A stretch of 64,000 nucleotides of DNA, from contig SVJJ01000003.1 in the NCBI GenBank assembly GCA_015069045.1, forward strand, positions 44,802 through 108,801. The letters run 5' to 3'. Of the stretch, positions 1 through 9,929 are shown piece after piece (position 1 is the stretch's first letter; the number at the start of each line of letters is the position of its first letter). Source of the DNA: Oscillospiraceae bacterium (lineage in GTDB: Bacteria > Bacillota > Clostridia > UBA1381 > UBA9506). The position numbers were made by a program, and so were the translations under genes. The notes under the pieces were generated by a model that did not search any database, was not told where the DNA came from, and saw only the letters and a program-made list of their open reading frames with translations.

Positions 1-19
1 CATTATTGGAAATCACAAC

Positions 20-40
20 GCGGCTGGCAAAGCCAGCCGC
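20..40 (-). terminator. Stem-loop downstream of kdgK (GCGGCTGGC-aaa-GCCAGCCGC)
   Basis: A perfect 9-bp GC-rich inverted repeat lies 18 nt past the kdgK stop. Only a weak T-run follows on the minus strand. Confidence 0.35.
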
Positions 41-57
41 ATCAAAATAAAGCCCTA

Positions 58-1080
58 TTAACGCTGCACACGGCCGGATCCATCGCCACCCATTAAGTTT
101 CTAACCTCCTGCACGCTCATCAAGTTAAAATCTCCTTCAATACTGTGTTTTAAGCAAGAAGCGGCTACAGCAAACTCAATGGTATCCTGCGTGCTATATT
201 GTTCTAAAAAACCGTAAATCAAGCCACCACCAAAAGAATCTCCGCCGCCAACTCGATCCACAATGTTAATGTGGTATTTTTTTGATTTATAAAATTCTTT
301 GCCATCATACAAAAGTGCAGACCAGTTGTTGATCGAGGCTGAAATACTCTCCCTTAAGGTAATCGCCACGTGGGAAAATCCAAACCTTTTTACAAGCTGC
401 CTGGCTACATCACGGTAACCTTCATCAGACAATTCTCCACTTGTAATATTGGTTGCCTTCGCACGAATGCCAAATACCCTGTCGGCATCCTCCTCATTGG
501 CTATTACCACATCCACATATTCCATTAAACCACCCATAACCTGGCCAGCCTTTTCACTTGTCCATAATTTTTTTCTGAAATTCAAGTCGCAACTAACGGT
601 CAATCCTTTATTCTTCGCCACCTTACACGCTTCTAAACACAGGGCTGCCGCCCCATCTGATAAGGCCGGTGTTATACCGGTAAAATGAAACCACACTGCA
701 TCGTTAAAAATTACATCCCAGTTAAAGTCCTCCGGTTGAGCCGTCGAAATGGAAGAATGCGCACGGTCGTAGGTGACGGTTGAGGCTCGCTGGGATGCTC
801 CTTTTTCCACATAGTAAACACCCAGTCGTTCGCCGCCTCTTGCAATATAATCAGTTTTTACATTATATTTTCTCAATTCAGATTGGCACCATGCACCAAC
901 TAAATTATCCGGTAATTTTGTTACAAAATAAGCATCATGTCCATAGCCGGCCAGGGATGCAGCCACGTTAGCCTCGCCACCGCCAAAAGTGGCTTCCAAC
1001 TCTGTTGCTTGTATTAATCGTTGATGATCGTAAGTCTGTAATCTCAGCATAATTTCGCCAAATGTGATAACTTTTGCCAT
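58..1080 (-). CDS. kdgK: 2-dehydro-3-deoxygluconokinase (PfkB-family sugar kinase)
   Basis: N-terminus MAKVITFGEIMLRL...FGGGEANVA and C-terminal DRVGGGDSFGGGLIYG are PfkB/KdgK signatures. The gene sits next to eda and uidA. ATG at 1080 is preferred over the ORF-track start at 1089. Confidence 0.85.
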   Translation of the reverse strand: MAKVITFGEIMLRLQTYDHQRLIQATELEATFGGGEANVAASLAGYGHDAYFVTKLPDNLVGAWCQSELRKYNVKTDYIARGGERLGVYYVEKGASQRASTVTYDRAHSSISTAQPEDFNWDVIFNDAVWFHFTGITPALSDGAAALCLEACKVAKNKGLTVSCDLNFRKKLWTSEKAGQVMGGLMEYVDVVIANEEDADRVFGIRAKATNITSGELSDEGYRDVARQLVKRFGFSHVAITLRESISASINNWSALLYDGKEFYKSKKYHINIVDRVGGGDSFGGGLIYGFLEQYSTQDTIEFAVAASCLKHSIEGDFNLMSVQEVRNLMGGDGSGRVQR

Positions 1081-1112
1081 GATATACACTCCAATCTACT
1101 ATACACTACAGT

Positions 1113-1757
1113 TTATAAACCTCTTGCTTCGCGAATCCGCTTAATAAATTCGCGACCCATGACTGTAATAGCCGCATAATCCCCAGTTTGGGCACCGGCC
1201 GTTAAAGCACTGCCTGCACCAACTGCCACAGCGCCGGCGCAGATCCATTCTGCCACATTGTCCACATCAACGCCGCCGGTAGGCATAACTTTTGCATAAG
1301 GAATAGGTCCTTTAATGGCCTTAATCATCTTAGGACCACTGGTTTCACCGGGGAACAGCTTTACAACATCGGCTCCTGCTTCCATAGCCTCTACTACTTC
1401 GTTAATTGTCATAGCGCCAGGCATACAAGCCACTCTATAGCGATTGCAGAGCTTCACCATGTCTAAATTAAAATAAGGACTCACAACATATTGAGCACCG
1501 GATAAAATGGAAATTCTGGCAGTCTCGGAATCCATAACCGTTCCTGCCCCCAAAATAATTTGTTCCGATGTATAACGTTTCGCAAGCTCTTCAATGACAT
1601 GGTGAGCACCGGGCACCGTAAAAGTAAGCTCAATTGCCGGCACACCACCTTCTATGCAGGCCTCTGCAATTTTAATAGCCTGTTCCGCATTTTCTGCACG
1701 AACAACAGCAACAACACCGGAATCGCAAATTTTGGTAATAACTTCTTCCTTGTCCAT
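1113..1757 (-). CDS. eda: KDPG / KHG aldolase
   Basis: MDKEEVITKICDSGVVAVVRAENAEQAIKIAEACIEGGVPAIELTF is typical of Eda. The first 86 codons of the ORF-track ORF are AT-rich junk, so the internal ATG at 1757 was chosen. Confidence 0.85.
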   Translation of the reverse strand: MDKEEVITKICDSGVVAVVRAENAEQAIKIAEACIEGGVPAIELTFTVPGAHHVIEELAKRYTSEQIILGAGTVMDSETARISILSGAQYVVSPYFNLDMVKLCNRYRVACMPGAMTINEVVEAMEAGADVVKLFPGETSGPKMIKAIKGPIPYAKVMPTGGVDVDNVAEWICAGAVAVGAGSALTAGAQTGDYAAITVMGREFIKRIREARGL

Positions 1758-2018
1758 ATTTGTATTCCTCTCTATAATTTTTTTATAAATCATAGATAGT
1801 ATAACACAAAATGCGACAATATATATTGTATCATAAGAATTTATTTTGGTCAAGAACACATCCTTAAAACTTTTAATTTCGTTGAAAATAAACAAAATTA
1901 ATAGTTTTTTCGTTTCTTTCTTAACATTAAACATCCATAACCAATTTATTTTTTGGTAAAAAAAGTGTTTATGGGTTACACTAACAGCAACCACATATTC
2001 ACAAAAGGAGTACACGGG

Positions 2019-3428
2019 ATGAAAAAATTTGGATTTAAAGATAAAATCGGCTATATGTTAGGGGATCTAGGTAACGATTTCTTCTTTATTTTGGCCAGTT
2101 CCTTTTTAATGGTATTTTACACAAAGGTTTTAGGTATTTCAGGTGGTGTTGTGGGAACGCTTTTCTTATTGGCACGTATACTGGATGCCTTTACGGACAT
2201 AACCATGGGACGAATTGTAGATATGGCTCCACTCCACAAAAACGGCCGTTTTCGGCCTTGGATTCTCCGTATGTGTGTGCCTGTTGTACTGACAGGTATT
2301 TTTATGTTTATTCCTGCTGCTAAAAACCTTCCCTATTGGGGTAAGCTGGTGTATATTTATGTCAGTTATTTGATCTGGGGCAGTATTTGTTATACCGGTA
2401 TTAACATCCCCTATGGTTCCATGGCCTCGGTTATTACCGATGACCCGGTGGAACGCACTGCTCTTTCTACCTTTCGCTCCATTGGTGCTGCCATTGCCGG
2501 TGTGGTGGTTGGAGCCGGCGTCCCCCTGATCATATACACCTATGATAGTCAAGGAAACCAGCTGATCGTTGGAGAACGATTTCTACCTATTGCAGTTGTG
2601 TTTGGTATTTTTGCCCTGGTTTGCTATCTGCTTTGCTATTACATGACTCAAGAGCGTGTTGTCATTCCTACGACAGTTCGTTCTAAACAGGGGATAAAAA
2701 AAAGTTTGGCCGCTATGAGCCACAACCGGGCACTATGGGCTATTATTGCTGCTGCTATCGTTTTGCTTCTCTCCACATTGCTGTCCGGCACTATGAATGT
2801 GTATTTGTTTATGGATTATTTTAAAAGCAAAGAGGCTATGAGCGTAGCCGGATTTTTGCAAACTGCCTGTACCTTAATTTTGGCGCCTTTCAGCGGAATT
2901 TTAACAAAAAAATTCGGTAAAAAGGAAGTCTCCGGTATTGCCGTATTGTTTGCCTCCGTTATATTCTTTTTGCTATTTTTACTCCGCATACAAAATCCAT
3001 GGATTTTTTGCCTGTTTCTTGCTTTGGGTAATTTTGGCTCCGGTCTTTTTAACCTTATGATTTGGGCCTTTATTACCGATGTAATTGATAACCAGGAGGC
3101 ACACACAGGCACAAGGAGCGACGGAACCATTTATGCCATGTACTCATTTGCCCGCAAAATAGGACAAGCCTTAGCAGGAAGTTTAGGTGGATATACTCTT
3201 ACCTTAATCGGCTATGTTTCCTCTACCGAAAATATAATACAAACGCCGGCAGTAACACAACGAATTTATACCGTATCCACTTTAGTCCCAGCTATTTGCT
3301 ATTTTTTGGTGGCCATAATTTTAATGTTTTGGTATCCCTTGACACGCAAAAAAATTGCTGAAAACCAACGACTAATTTCCCAACATCGCAGAGAAATTAA
3401 TGCCAATAGCACGCCCCAGAACCCTTAA
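2019..3428 (+). CDS. GPH-family glycoside-pentoside-hexuronide:cation symporter (glucuronide carrier-like)
   Basis: About 12 predicted TM segments. The LGDLGNDFFF...ARILDAFTD...GRFRPW motifs resemble UidB/MelB-type carriers. AAAGGAG lies 8 nt upstream of the ATG at 2019. The gene sits directly upstream of uidA. Confidence 0.8.
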   Translation: MKKFGFKDKIGYMLGDLGNDFFFILASSFLMVFYTKVLGISGGVVGTLFLLARILDAFTDITMGRIVDMAPLHKNGRFRPWILRMCVPVVLTGIFMFIPAAKNLPYWGKLVYIYVSYLIWGSICYTGINIPYGSMASVITDDPVERTALSTFRSIGAAIAGVVVGAGVPLIIYTYDSQGNQLIVGERFLPIAVVFGIFALVCYLLCYYMTQERVVIPTTVRSKQGIKKSLAAMSHNRALWAIIAAAIVLLLSTLLSGTMNVYLFMDYFKSKEAMSVAGFLQTACTLILAPFSGILTKKFGKKEVSGIAVLFASVIFFLLFLLRIQNPWIFCLFLALGNFGSGLFNLMIWAFITDVIDNQEAHTGTRSDGTIYAMYSFARKIGQALAGSLGGYTLTLIGYVSSTENIIQTPAVTQRIYTVSTLVPAICYFLVAIILMFWYPLTRKKIAENQRLISQHRREINANSTPQNP

Positions 3429-3454
3429 AAATTATGATAAGAAAGGACGTTTCT

Positions 3455-5251
3455 ATGCTGTATCCACAACTAAACCAGGCTCGCGCCTTAATTGACCTAT
3501 CCGGAATATGGGATTTTTCTCTCTGCCCGGACACAGACGAACCTCACATACAAGAAGATGACTCATTGACCAATCCAGAAACCATTGCCGTACCCGCCTC
3601 CTATAATGACCAAAAAGTGGGCGAGGCCTTTCGGGACCACTATGGTTGGGTCCTGTATCGTTGTTACTTTTCCATTCCCAAGGTTCTGTCATCTCAACGG
3701 ATTATGCTCCGTTTCGGTGCCGTTACCCATAGTGCAAAAGTCTATTTAAACCATCAATTAATATGTCAACACAAGGGAGGATTTTTACCATTTGAGGTGG
3801 AAATATCAGAAAGTCTAAAACCGGATCAGAATGTGTTGATCGTCGCTGTAGATAATCGAATTGATTACACAACCCTCCCCGTTGGAAGTGAACAAGGCGG
3901 TAACATGCTAACCGGCCTTTTGCCTGACACACCCGGCGTTACAGTTAAAAAACAAAACTATCCAAACTTCGACTTTTTTAATTATAGTGGTATTACGCGT
4001 CCCGTTATCATATACACTACACCTAAACAATACATTCGGGATATTACCTTAAATCCTTCTGTAAAAGGAACCAGCGCACAGGTAGATTATGTTATTGAAA
4101 CCGAAGGGTGTACACAGCCTACCCTGACCATTCGTGACGAAGCCGGAACCACAGTTGCTACCGCTCAAGGCTCATCCGGCTGTTTCACTATAGAAAACGT
4201 GCATCTTTGGGAACCAATGCATGCCTATTTATACCAAGCTCAAGTTTGTTGCGGACAAGATGTTTACACCGAATCCTTTGGCGTTCGCACAGTAGAAATA
4301 CAAGGTAAATCTTTTTTAATTAACGGTAAACCCTTCTATTTTAAGGGTTTCGGCAAACATGAAGATACGCCCTTTCGGGGACGCGGCTTGGATAATGTAG
4401 CGAATGTAAAGGATATTAGTTTAATGGATTGGATTGGTGCGAATTCTTTCCGTACCAGTCACTATCCTTATTCTGAAGAGATGATGCTTTTATGCGATCG
4501 AGAGGGTATTGTGGTCATAGATGAAACACCTGCCGTTGGTGTAAATTTAAATTTTGGTGCCGCTGCCGGTACAACACCACAGGACACATACAAAATTTTA
4601 CGCACCAAAGAACACCACGAAGCCGTAATCCGGGATATGATTAATCGGGATAAAAACAGGGCCTGCGTAGTCATGTGGTCAATTGCCAATGAATCCGATA
4701 CCACCACATATCCGGATAGCGCCCTTGATTACTACAAGCCTTTATATGATTTAGCTCATCAACAAGACCCTCAAAATCGCCCCGTAACTATCGTGGGCGT
4801 GCAAAACGACTATACGAAAGATAAAACCCTGCCCATAACCGACGTAATTTGCTTAAACCGCTATTACGGCTGGTATGTATATGGCGGGGACTTAAAAGCT
4901 GCAGGTCAGGCCCTTGATTTAGAGTTGCAATATTGGGAAAAATTAGGAAAACCTCTCATGTTTACAGAATATGGTGCCGATACAATCGCCGGGCTTCACG
5001 ATGCTACACCTACCATGTTTACTGAAGAATATCAGGTGGATTTTTATAAAGCCATTCACGAAATAACAGACCGCTATGACTACTTTATCGGTGAGCATGT
5101 TTGGAATTTTGCAGATTTTGCAACCATTCAAGGCATTATGCGGGTTGATGGCAATAAAAAGGGAATTTTTACCCGGGATCGGCGACCCAAATTGGCAGCT
5201 CATTATTTTAAAAAACGCTGGCATAATATTCCCAATTTTAATTACAAATAA
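3455..5251 (+). CDS. uidA: Beta-glucuronidase (GH2)
   Basis: The protein aligns by eye with E. coli GUS throughout (LSGIWDFSL, LRFGAVTHSAKVYLN, SHYPYSEEM, WSIANESD, FTEYGADT). The ATG at 3455 has an SD-like GAAAGGA. Confidence 0.9.
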   Translation: MLYPQLNQARALIDLSGIWDFSLCPDTDEPHIQEDDSLTNPETIAVPASYNDQKVGEAFRDHYGWVLYRCYFSIPKVLSSQRIMLRFGAVTHSAKVYLNHQLICQHKGGFLPFEVEISESLKPDQNVLIVAVDNRIDYTTLPVGSEQGGNMLTGLLPDTPGVTVKKQNYPNFDFFNYSGITRPVIIYTTPKQYIRDITLNPSVKGTSAQVDYVIETEGCTQPTLTIRDEAGTTVATAQGSSGCFTIENVHLWEPMHAYLYQAQVCCGQDVYTESFGVRTVEIQGKSFLINGKPFYFKGFGKHEDTPFRGRGLDNVANVKDISLMDWIGANSFRTSHYPYSEEMMLLCDREGIVVIDETPAVGVNLNFGAAAGTTPQDTYKILRTKEHHEAVIRDMINRDKNRACVVMWSIANESDTTTYPDSALDYYKPLYDLAHQQDPQNRPVTIVGVQNDYTKDKTLPITDVICLNRYYGWYVYGGDLKAAGQALDLELQYWEKLGKPLMFTEYGADTIAGLHDATPTMFTEEYQVDFYKAIHEITDRYDYFIGEHVWNFADFATIQGIMRVDGNKKGIFTRDRRPKLAAHYFKKRWHNIPNFNYK

Positions 5252-5320
5252 GAACCCCACCCAACAACTCAATTAAAGATTGCCGTTGGGTCCCCAGGAA
5301 CCCTGTTGTGTTCCACAATA

Positions 5321-5360
5321 AAAAAAGGATTGTGCATAGTTTTCATGCACAATCCTTTTT
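5321..5360. terminator. Bidirectional intrinsic terminator between uidA and the ygjV-like gene
   Basis: AAAGGATTGTGCAT-agttttc-ATGCACAATCCTTT forms a 14-bp stem flanked by an A-run and a T-run. Confidence 0.75.
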
Positions 5361-5867
5361 AATCTGCTTCCCTTTCCTATCATACCGAAGCATACCTACA
5401 AGAATGGAAATAATGTTAAAGGATTCCGTCATCACACCGCCGTAGGACTGATTAAGTGCGTTATAAATCAGCCACAATGGCGAAGATGGAATGGAAAACT
5501 GCCGTGTCCGTTTAGGATTATCCAGCCCAAAAGCTATGCTGGTGAACACCATAGCCACAGCCGGCAATAAGGAAATGGGACCCTCCCAACTTATAATGCA
5601 AACAATTACACATATAAAAGAGAAAAGAACAATCCACCAGGCAGAAGACGCCCACTTTTTCGCTTTAAACATATACACAACGCATCTAACTAAACCAACC
5701 GCATTTAAAATAGCGCCTGTATAGGCACCTAAGAGATAAAAATGGGTGGCAAAGGAGATGTTACCCAAAAGCTGTATAAAAACAATTCGTTTATGTGTAT
5801 TTTGCTGATAGGTTATGATGCTGAAAATAAATCCTAAAATACCAAATAATTGTGCTATCATATTCAT
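5343..5867 (-). CDS. YgjV-like inner membrane protein
   Basis: Small polytopic membrane protein with an N-terminus (IAQLFGILGFIFSIITYQ) resembling the YgjV family. The ATG at 5867 has GGAGA 5 nt upstream. The ORF track extends to 5900. Confidence 0.55.
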   Translation of the reverse strand: MNMIAQLFGILGFIFSIITYQQNTHKRIVFIQLLGNISFATHFYLLGAYTGAILNAVGLVRCVVYMFKAKKWASSAWWIVLFSFICVIVCIISWEGPISLLPAVAMVFTSIAFGLDNPKRTRQFSIPSSPLWLIYNALNQSYGGVMTESFNIISILVGMLRYDRKGKQIKKDCA

Positions 5868-5979
5868 AAATTCTCCACTCTGTAAAACTTTTTTTATCAT
5901 ACCACAGGGTCATTCTTTTGTCAACCGTTTTAACCAATGCACATGCCGAATATTTTTTTAAATTATTTTCAAAAACCTC

Positions 5980-6008
5980 TTTATTATTCCAGAAAAATTT
6001 GGTATAAT
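5980..6008 (+). promoter_or_regulatory. Putative sigma-A promoter of rnj (extended -10 TGgTATAAT)
   Basis: TGGTATAAT lies at 6000-6008. The -35 is poor (TTTATT). This leaves a leader of about 225 nt before rnj. Confidence 0.4.
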
Positions 6009-6238
6009 ATATATAGTTGGGTTTTTTGTAGCCATTTTACCGAAAATAGATAAGCATCCGGCAATATTTGGGGATTTTAAAAGGATATGGAACGTAATTT
6101 ACATTGAACGGAAAATCGTTGGTGAACGATTTTTATAAAGAACGCTTTTGACTTTAAAGCGGACGGATATAAACAGGCAGAACACAGAGAGCTTGTTCTG
6201 TACATACTACGTGTTAAAATTAAAACGGAGGTTAGATT

Positions 6239-7903
6239 GTGGCAAAAAATCAAAAATTGAAAATTATCCCATTAGGCGGGCTGAATGAGATCGGAAAAAA
6301 TTTAACTGTTTTCGAATTTGGAAACGACATCGTTGTCTTAGATTGCGGTATGGCCTTCCCTGATGACGATATGCCCGGTATTGACATTGTAATACCGGAC
6401 ATCACATACCTGGAAAAAAATCGGGACAAAATTCGGGGCATTGTGCTGACCCATGGTCATGAGGACCACATTGGCGGCATACCCTACTTTTTAAAGAAAA
6501 TCAATGTCCCTATTTACGGCACCAGATTAACCTTAGGTTTGGTTGAGTGTAAATTAAAAGAGCACCGCCTGCTTTCTAAAACCAAGCTCATGCGTGTAAA
6601 GGCAGGGGATACTGTTAAACTTGGCTCATTTCGGGTTGAATTTATTCACACTAATCACTCTATTGCTGATGCGGTGGCAATTGCATTACACACCCCTGTG
6701 GGTGTTGTGCTCCACTCCGGCGATTTTAAAATTGATACCACCCCCATTGAGGGAGGCATGTTGGATGTAGCTCGTTTCGGGGAGTTGGGACGAAAAGGTG
6801 TTTTAGCCTTGTTGTCTGATAGCACTAATGTAGAGCGTCCCGGTTTTACCATGTCTGAATCGACGGTAGGCGATACCTTTGATGAGCTGTTTCGCAACTG
6901 CAATAGGCGAATTTTAGTGGCAACCTTTGCTTCTAATATTCATCGTGTACAACAAATTATTAATGCTGCCTATCAATATGGTCGTAAGGTGGCTGTGTCT
7001 GGCCGCAGTATGGAAAATGTTGTAGAGGTTGCTATGAACTTGGGCTACATGACTGTACCTGAGGGTGTTTTAATCAGCATTGATGATATAAACAAATATC
7101 GCCCCAATCAGTTGTGTATTATTACAACCGGCAGTCAGGGTGAGGCTATGTCTGCTCTCTCCCGTATGGCTTTTTCAGACCATAAAAAAGTAGAAATCGT
7201 ACGGGGTGATATGGTCATTATTTCTGCCAGTCCCATCCCCGGAAATGAACGGTCCATTTCTAATGTTATCAATGAGTTGTTTAAAAAAGGTGCCGAGGTT
7301 ATTTATAAATCACTGGAGAATGTCCATGTGTCCGGTCACGCATGCCAGGAGGAGTTAAAATTGTTAATTTCACTGGTAAAACCAAAGTATTTCTTGCCGG
7401 TTCACGGGGAATATCGTCACCTAATGCTTCATGCAGCATTAGCTGAGCGGGCAGGTATTAATCCAAAAAATATTATGCTGCCTGAAATTGGCAGGGTCGT
7501 TGAAATAGGTCCCAACAGCATTCGTCAAAGCGGAACCGTTCCTTCCGGCGTTGTTTTGGTAGATGGTATTGGTGTAGGCGATGTTGGCAACATCGTTTTG
7601 CGTGACAGAAAGCATTTAGCGGAAGATGGTATCATTGTTGTCGTGGTCACCATAGCCAAACGAACAGGGGAAATTTTGGCCGGCCCCGATGTTTTATCTC
7701 GTGGTTTTGTATATGTAAGAGAGTCAGAGGATTTAATGGAAGAGGCCAAACTTGTGGCACACGCCGCACTGGATAAGTGCGCTGACAAAAAGGTTACGGA
7801 TTGGGGCGGCATAAAGAGCTGTTTAAAAAGCAGCATGAGTGATTATATGTATGCGAAAACCAAACGGAAACCTATGGTGCTGCCCATTATTATGGAAGTT
7901 TAA
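6239..7903 (+). CDS. rnj: Ribonuclease J
   Basis: Metallo-beta-lactamase motif [11 protein letters not shown] plus beta-CASP architecture, 554 aa. GTG start with GGAGGT 9 nt upstream. Confidence 0.9.
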   Translation: MAKNQKLKIIPLGGLNEIGKNLTVFEFGNDIVVLDCGMAFPDDDMPGIDIVIPDITYLEKNRDKIRGIVLTHGHEDHIGGIPYFLKKINVPIYGTRLTLGLVECKLKEHRLLSKTKLMRVKAGDTVKLGSFRVEFIHTNHSIADAVAIALHTPVGVVLHSGDFKIDTTPIEGGMLDVARFGELGRKGVLALLSDSTNVERPGFTMSESTVGDTFDELFRNCNRRILVATFASNIHRVQQIINAAYQYGRKVAVSGRSMENVVEVAMNLGYMTVPEGVLISIDDINKYRPNQLCIITTGSQGEAMSALSRMAFSDHKKVEIVRGDMVIISASPIPGNERSISNVINELFKKGAEVIYKSLENVHVSGHACQEELKLLISLVKPKYFLPVHGEYRHLMLHAALAERAGINPKNIMLPEIGRVVEIGPNSIRQSGTVPSGVVLVDGIGVGDVGNIVLRDRKHLAEDGIIVVVVTIAKRTGEILAGPDVLSRGFVYVRESEDLMEEAKLVAHAALDKCADKKVTDWGGIKSCLKSSMSDYMYAKTKRKPMVLPIIMEV

Positions 7904-7938
7904 AGCAAGGGAAAATATATTTTACGGGGGTTATAACA

Positions 7939-9129
7939 ATGGAACAAATGAAAAAGCTATTTACATCTGAATCTGTAACGGAGGGACATCCCGATAAAAT
8001 TGCAGATATTATTTCAGATGCTATCTTAGATGAAATTATGCGACATGACCCAATGGGTCGCGTCGCTTGTGAGGTAACCGTAACAACCGGTCTAGTTCTT
8101 GTTGTGGGGGAAATATCCACCAGCACATATGTGGATATTGCCAAAACGGTTCGTTCTTGCATCCGTGAGGTTGGCTACGACCGTGCTAAATATGGATTCG
8201 ACTGTGATACCTGCGCCGTATTGACCGCTATAGATGAACAATCGCCCGATATTGCCTTAGGTGTTGACAAAGCCTTAGAGGCCAAACATGGGAAAGAAGA
8301 CCCAGGGGCGATTGGTGCCGGCGATCAGGGTATTATGTTTGGTTATGCATGCAACGAAACCGAGGAATATATGCCTTTGGCTATCAATTTGGCTCACAAA
8401 TTAACACAACAACTTGCTGCTGTGCGTAAATCCGGAGAGGTTAATTTTATCCGTCCCGACGGTAAATCCCAGGTGACCATTTGCTACGATGAAAACGATA
8501 GACCGGTGGCCATTGATACGGTGGTTGTTTCTACACAACACAGCGAAGATGTATCACAAGAGGCATTGCATCAGGCTATCATGGAAAAGGTTATTCGTCC
8601 CGTGTTGCCGGCCTCACTGCTCACAAATGATACGAAATATTACATTAACCCCACTGGCCGTTTTGTGGTAGGAGGTCCCCAGGGTGATTCCGGTCACACC
8701 GGTCGCAAGCTGATTGTAGATACATATGGTGGTGCTGCCCGTCATGGTGGCGGCGCCTTTTCCGGAAAAGATCCCACAAAGGTAGACCGAAGTGCTGCCT
8801 ATGCCGCTCGTTATGTGGCTAAAAATGTTGTGGCTGCCGGTTTGGCAGATCGTTGTGAATTACAGTTAGCTTATGCCATTGGCGTGGCAAACCCTGTGTC
8901 CATTCGCGTGGATACCTTTGGCACGGCTAAAGTACCCGAATCAGTTATTGAATCCTTAATTACCAAGCATTTTGATTTGCGTCCGGCAGCTATTATTCGC
9001 GATTTGGATTTGCGCCGACCCATTTACAAACAGACTGCATCTTATGGTCATTTTGGCCGTAACGATATTACCCTTCCCTGGGAAAAAACTGACAAGGCTG
9101 CCCTTTTAGCAAAAGAAGCTGGCCTATAA
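7939..9129 (+). CDS. metK: S-adenosylmethionine synthetase
   Basis: [33 protein letters not shown] and [16 protein letters not shown] are canonical MetK motifs. Confidence 0.95.
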   Translation: MEQMKKLFTSESVTEGHPDKIADIISDAILDEIMRHDPMGRVACEVTVTTGLVLVVGEISTSTYVDIAKTVRSCIREVGYDRAKYGFDCDTCAVLTAIDEQSPDIALGVDKALEAKHGKEDPGAIGAGDQGIMFGYACNETEEYMPLAINLAHKLTQQLAAVRKSGEVNFIRPDGKSQVTICYDENDRPVAIDTVVVSTQHSEDVSQEALHQAIMEKVIRPVLPASLLTNDTKYYINPTGRFVVGGPQGDSGHTGRKLIVDTYGGAARHGGGAFSGKDPTKVDRSAAYAARYVAKNVVAAGLADRCELQLAYAIGVANPVSIRVDTFGTAKVPESVIESLITKHFDLRPAAIIRDLDLRRPIYKQTASYGHFGRNDITLPWEKTDKAALLAKEAGL

Positions 9130-9184
9130 GTTCATCTGGGGAGACAATGAATGCGGTAAATAAAATGAAGGGAGTTTTTTGTTA

Positions 9185-9871
9185 ATGAAAATTTTAATTG
9201 TAGATGACGAAAAACTATTGGTCAAAGGAATTAAATATAATTTTGAGCAAGAGGGCTACACTGTCTTAGCCGCCTATGACGGAGAAGAAGCCATCAAAAT
9301 GGCTTATGATAAAACCATTGATTTAATTATTTTGGATTTAATGCTGCCAAAAATTGATGGCCTCAGTGTTTGTCAAAAAATTCGGGAATTTTCTAATGTG
9401 CCCATTGTCATGTTGACCGCTAAAAATGAGGATATGGATAAAATTTTAGGTCTTGAGTACGGTGCTGATGACTATTTGACCAAACCTTTTAACATTTTAG
9501 AGTTAAAGGCTCGTGTAAAAGCCGTTTTACGCCGCATGACGCCGGCTGATTCTACCAGCACAAAAGAAAGCATTGTCACCATTGGTGGTGTAAAATTAGA
9601 TTATAATCTGCGTCGTATCTCTATTAACGATAAAACCATTGATTTAACCGCCAAGGAATTTGATTTGATGGATTTATTTGTTTGTAATGCAGGCAAGGTT
9701 TATTCCCGTGAAAATCTGTTAGATATTGTTTGGGGCTATGATTATCCCGGTGATGTTCGCACTGTGGATGTCCATGTGAGAAGATTGCGGGAAAAGCTGG
9801 AGCCTAATCCCGCTGAGCCAACCTATATACATACAAAGTGGGGAGTGGGTTATTATTTTAAAGAAGCTTAA
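9185..9871 (+). CDS. OmpR-family response regulator
   Basis: REC domain (KILIVDDE...DLIILDLMLP) followed by a winged-helix output domain (VDVHVRRLREKL...GVGYYF). The ATG at 9185 follows GAAGGGAG. Confidence 0.9.
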   Translation: MKILIVDDEKLLVKGIKYNFEQEGYTVLAAYDGEEAIKMAYDKTIDLIILDLMLPKIDGLSVCQKIREFSNVPIVMLTAKNEDMDKILGLEYGADDYLTKPFNILELKARVKAVLRRMTPADSTSTKESIVTIGGVKLDYNLRRISINDKTIDLTAKEFDLMDLFVCNAGKVYSRENLLDIVWGYDYPGDVRTVDVHVRRLREKLEPNPAEPTYIHTKWGVGYYFKEA

Positions 9872-9929
9872 AATTCCATTTTTAAATATTCGCTGGAAAA
9901 TCGCCTCTACATATTTAATTATTATTGTA

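Noticed and set aside
7904-7938. SAM (S-box) riboswitch upstream of metK
   Set aside because: The rnj-metK gap is only 35 nt, far too short for an S-box. metK appears co-transcribed with rnj.
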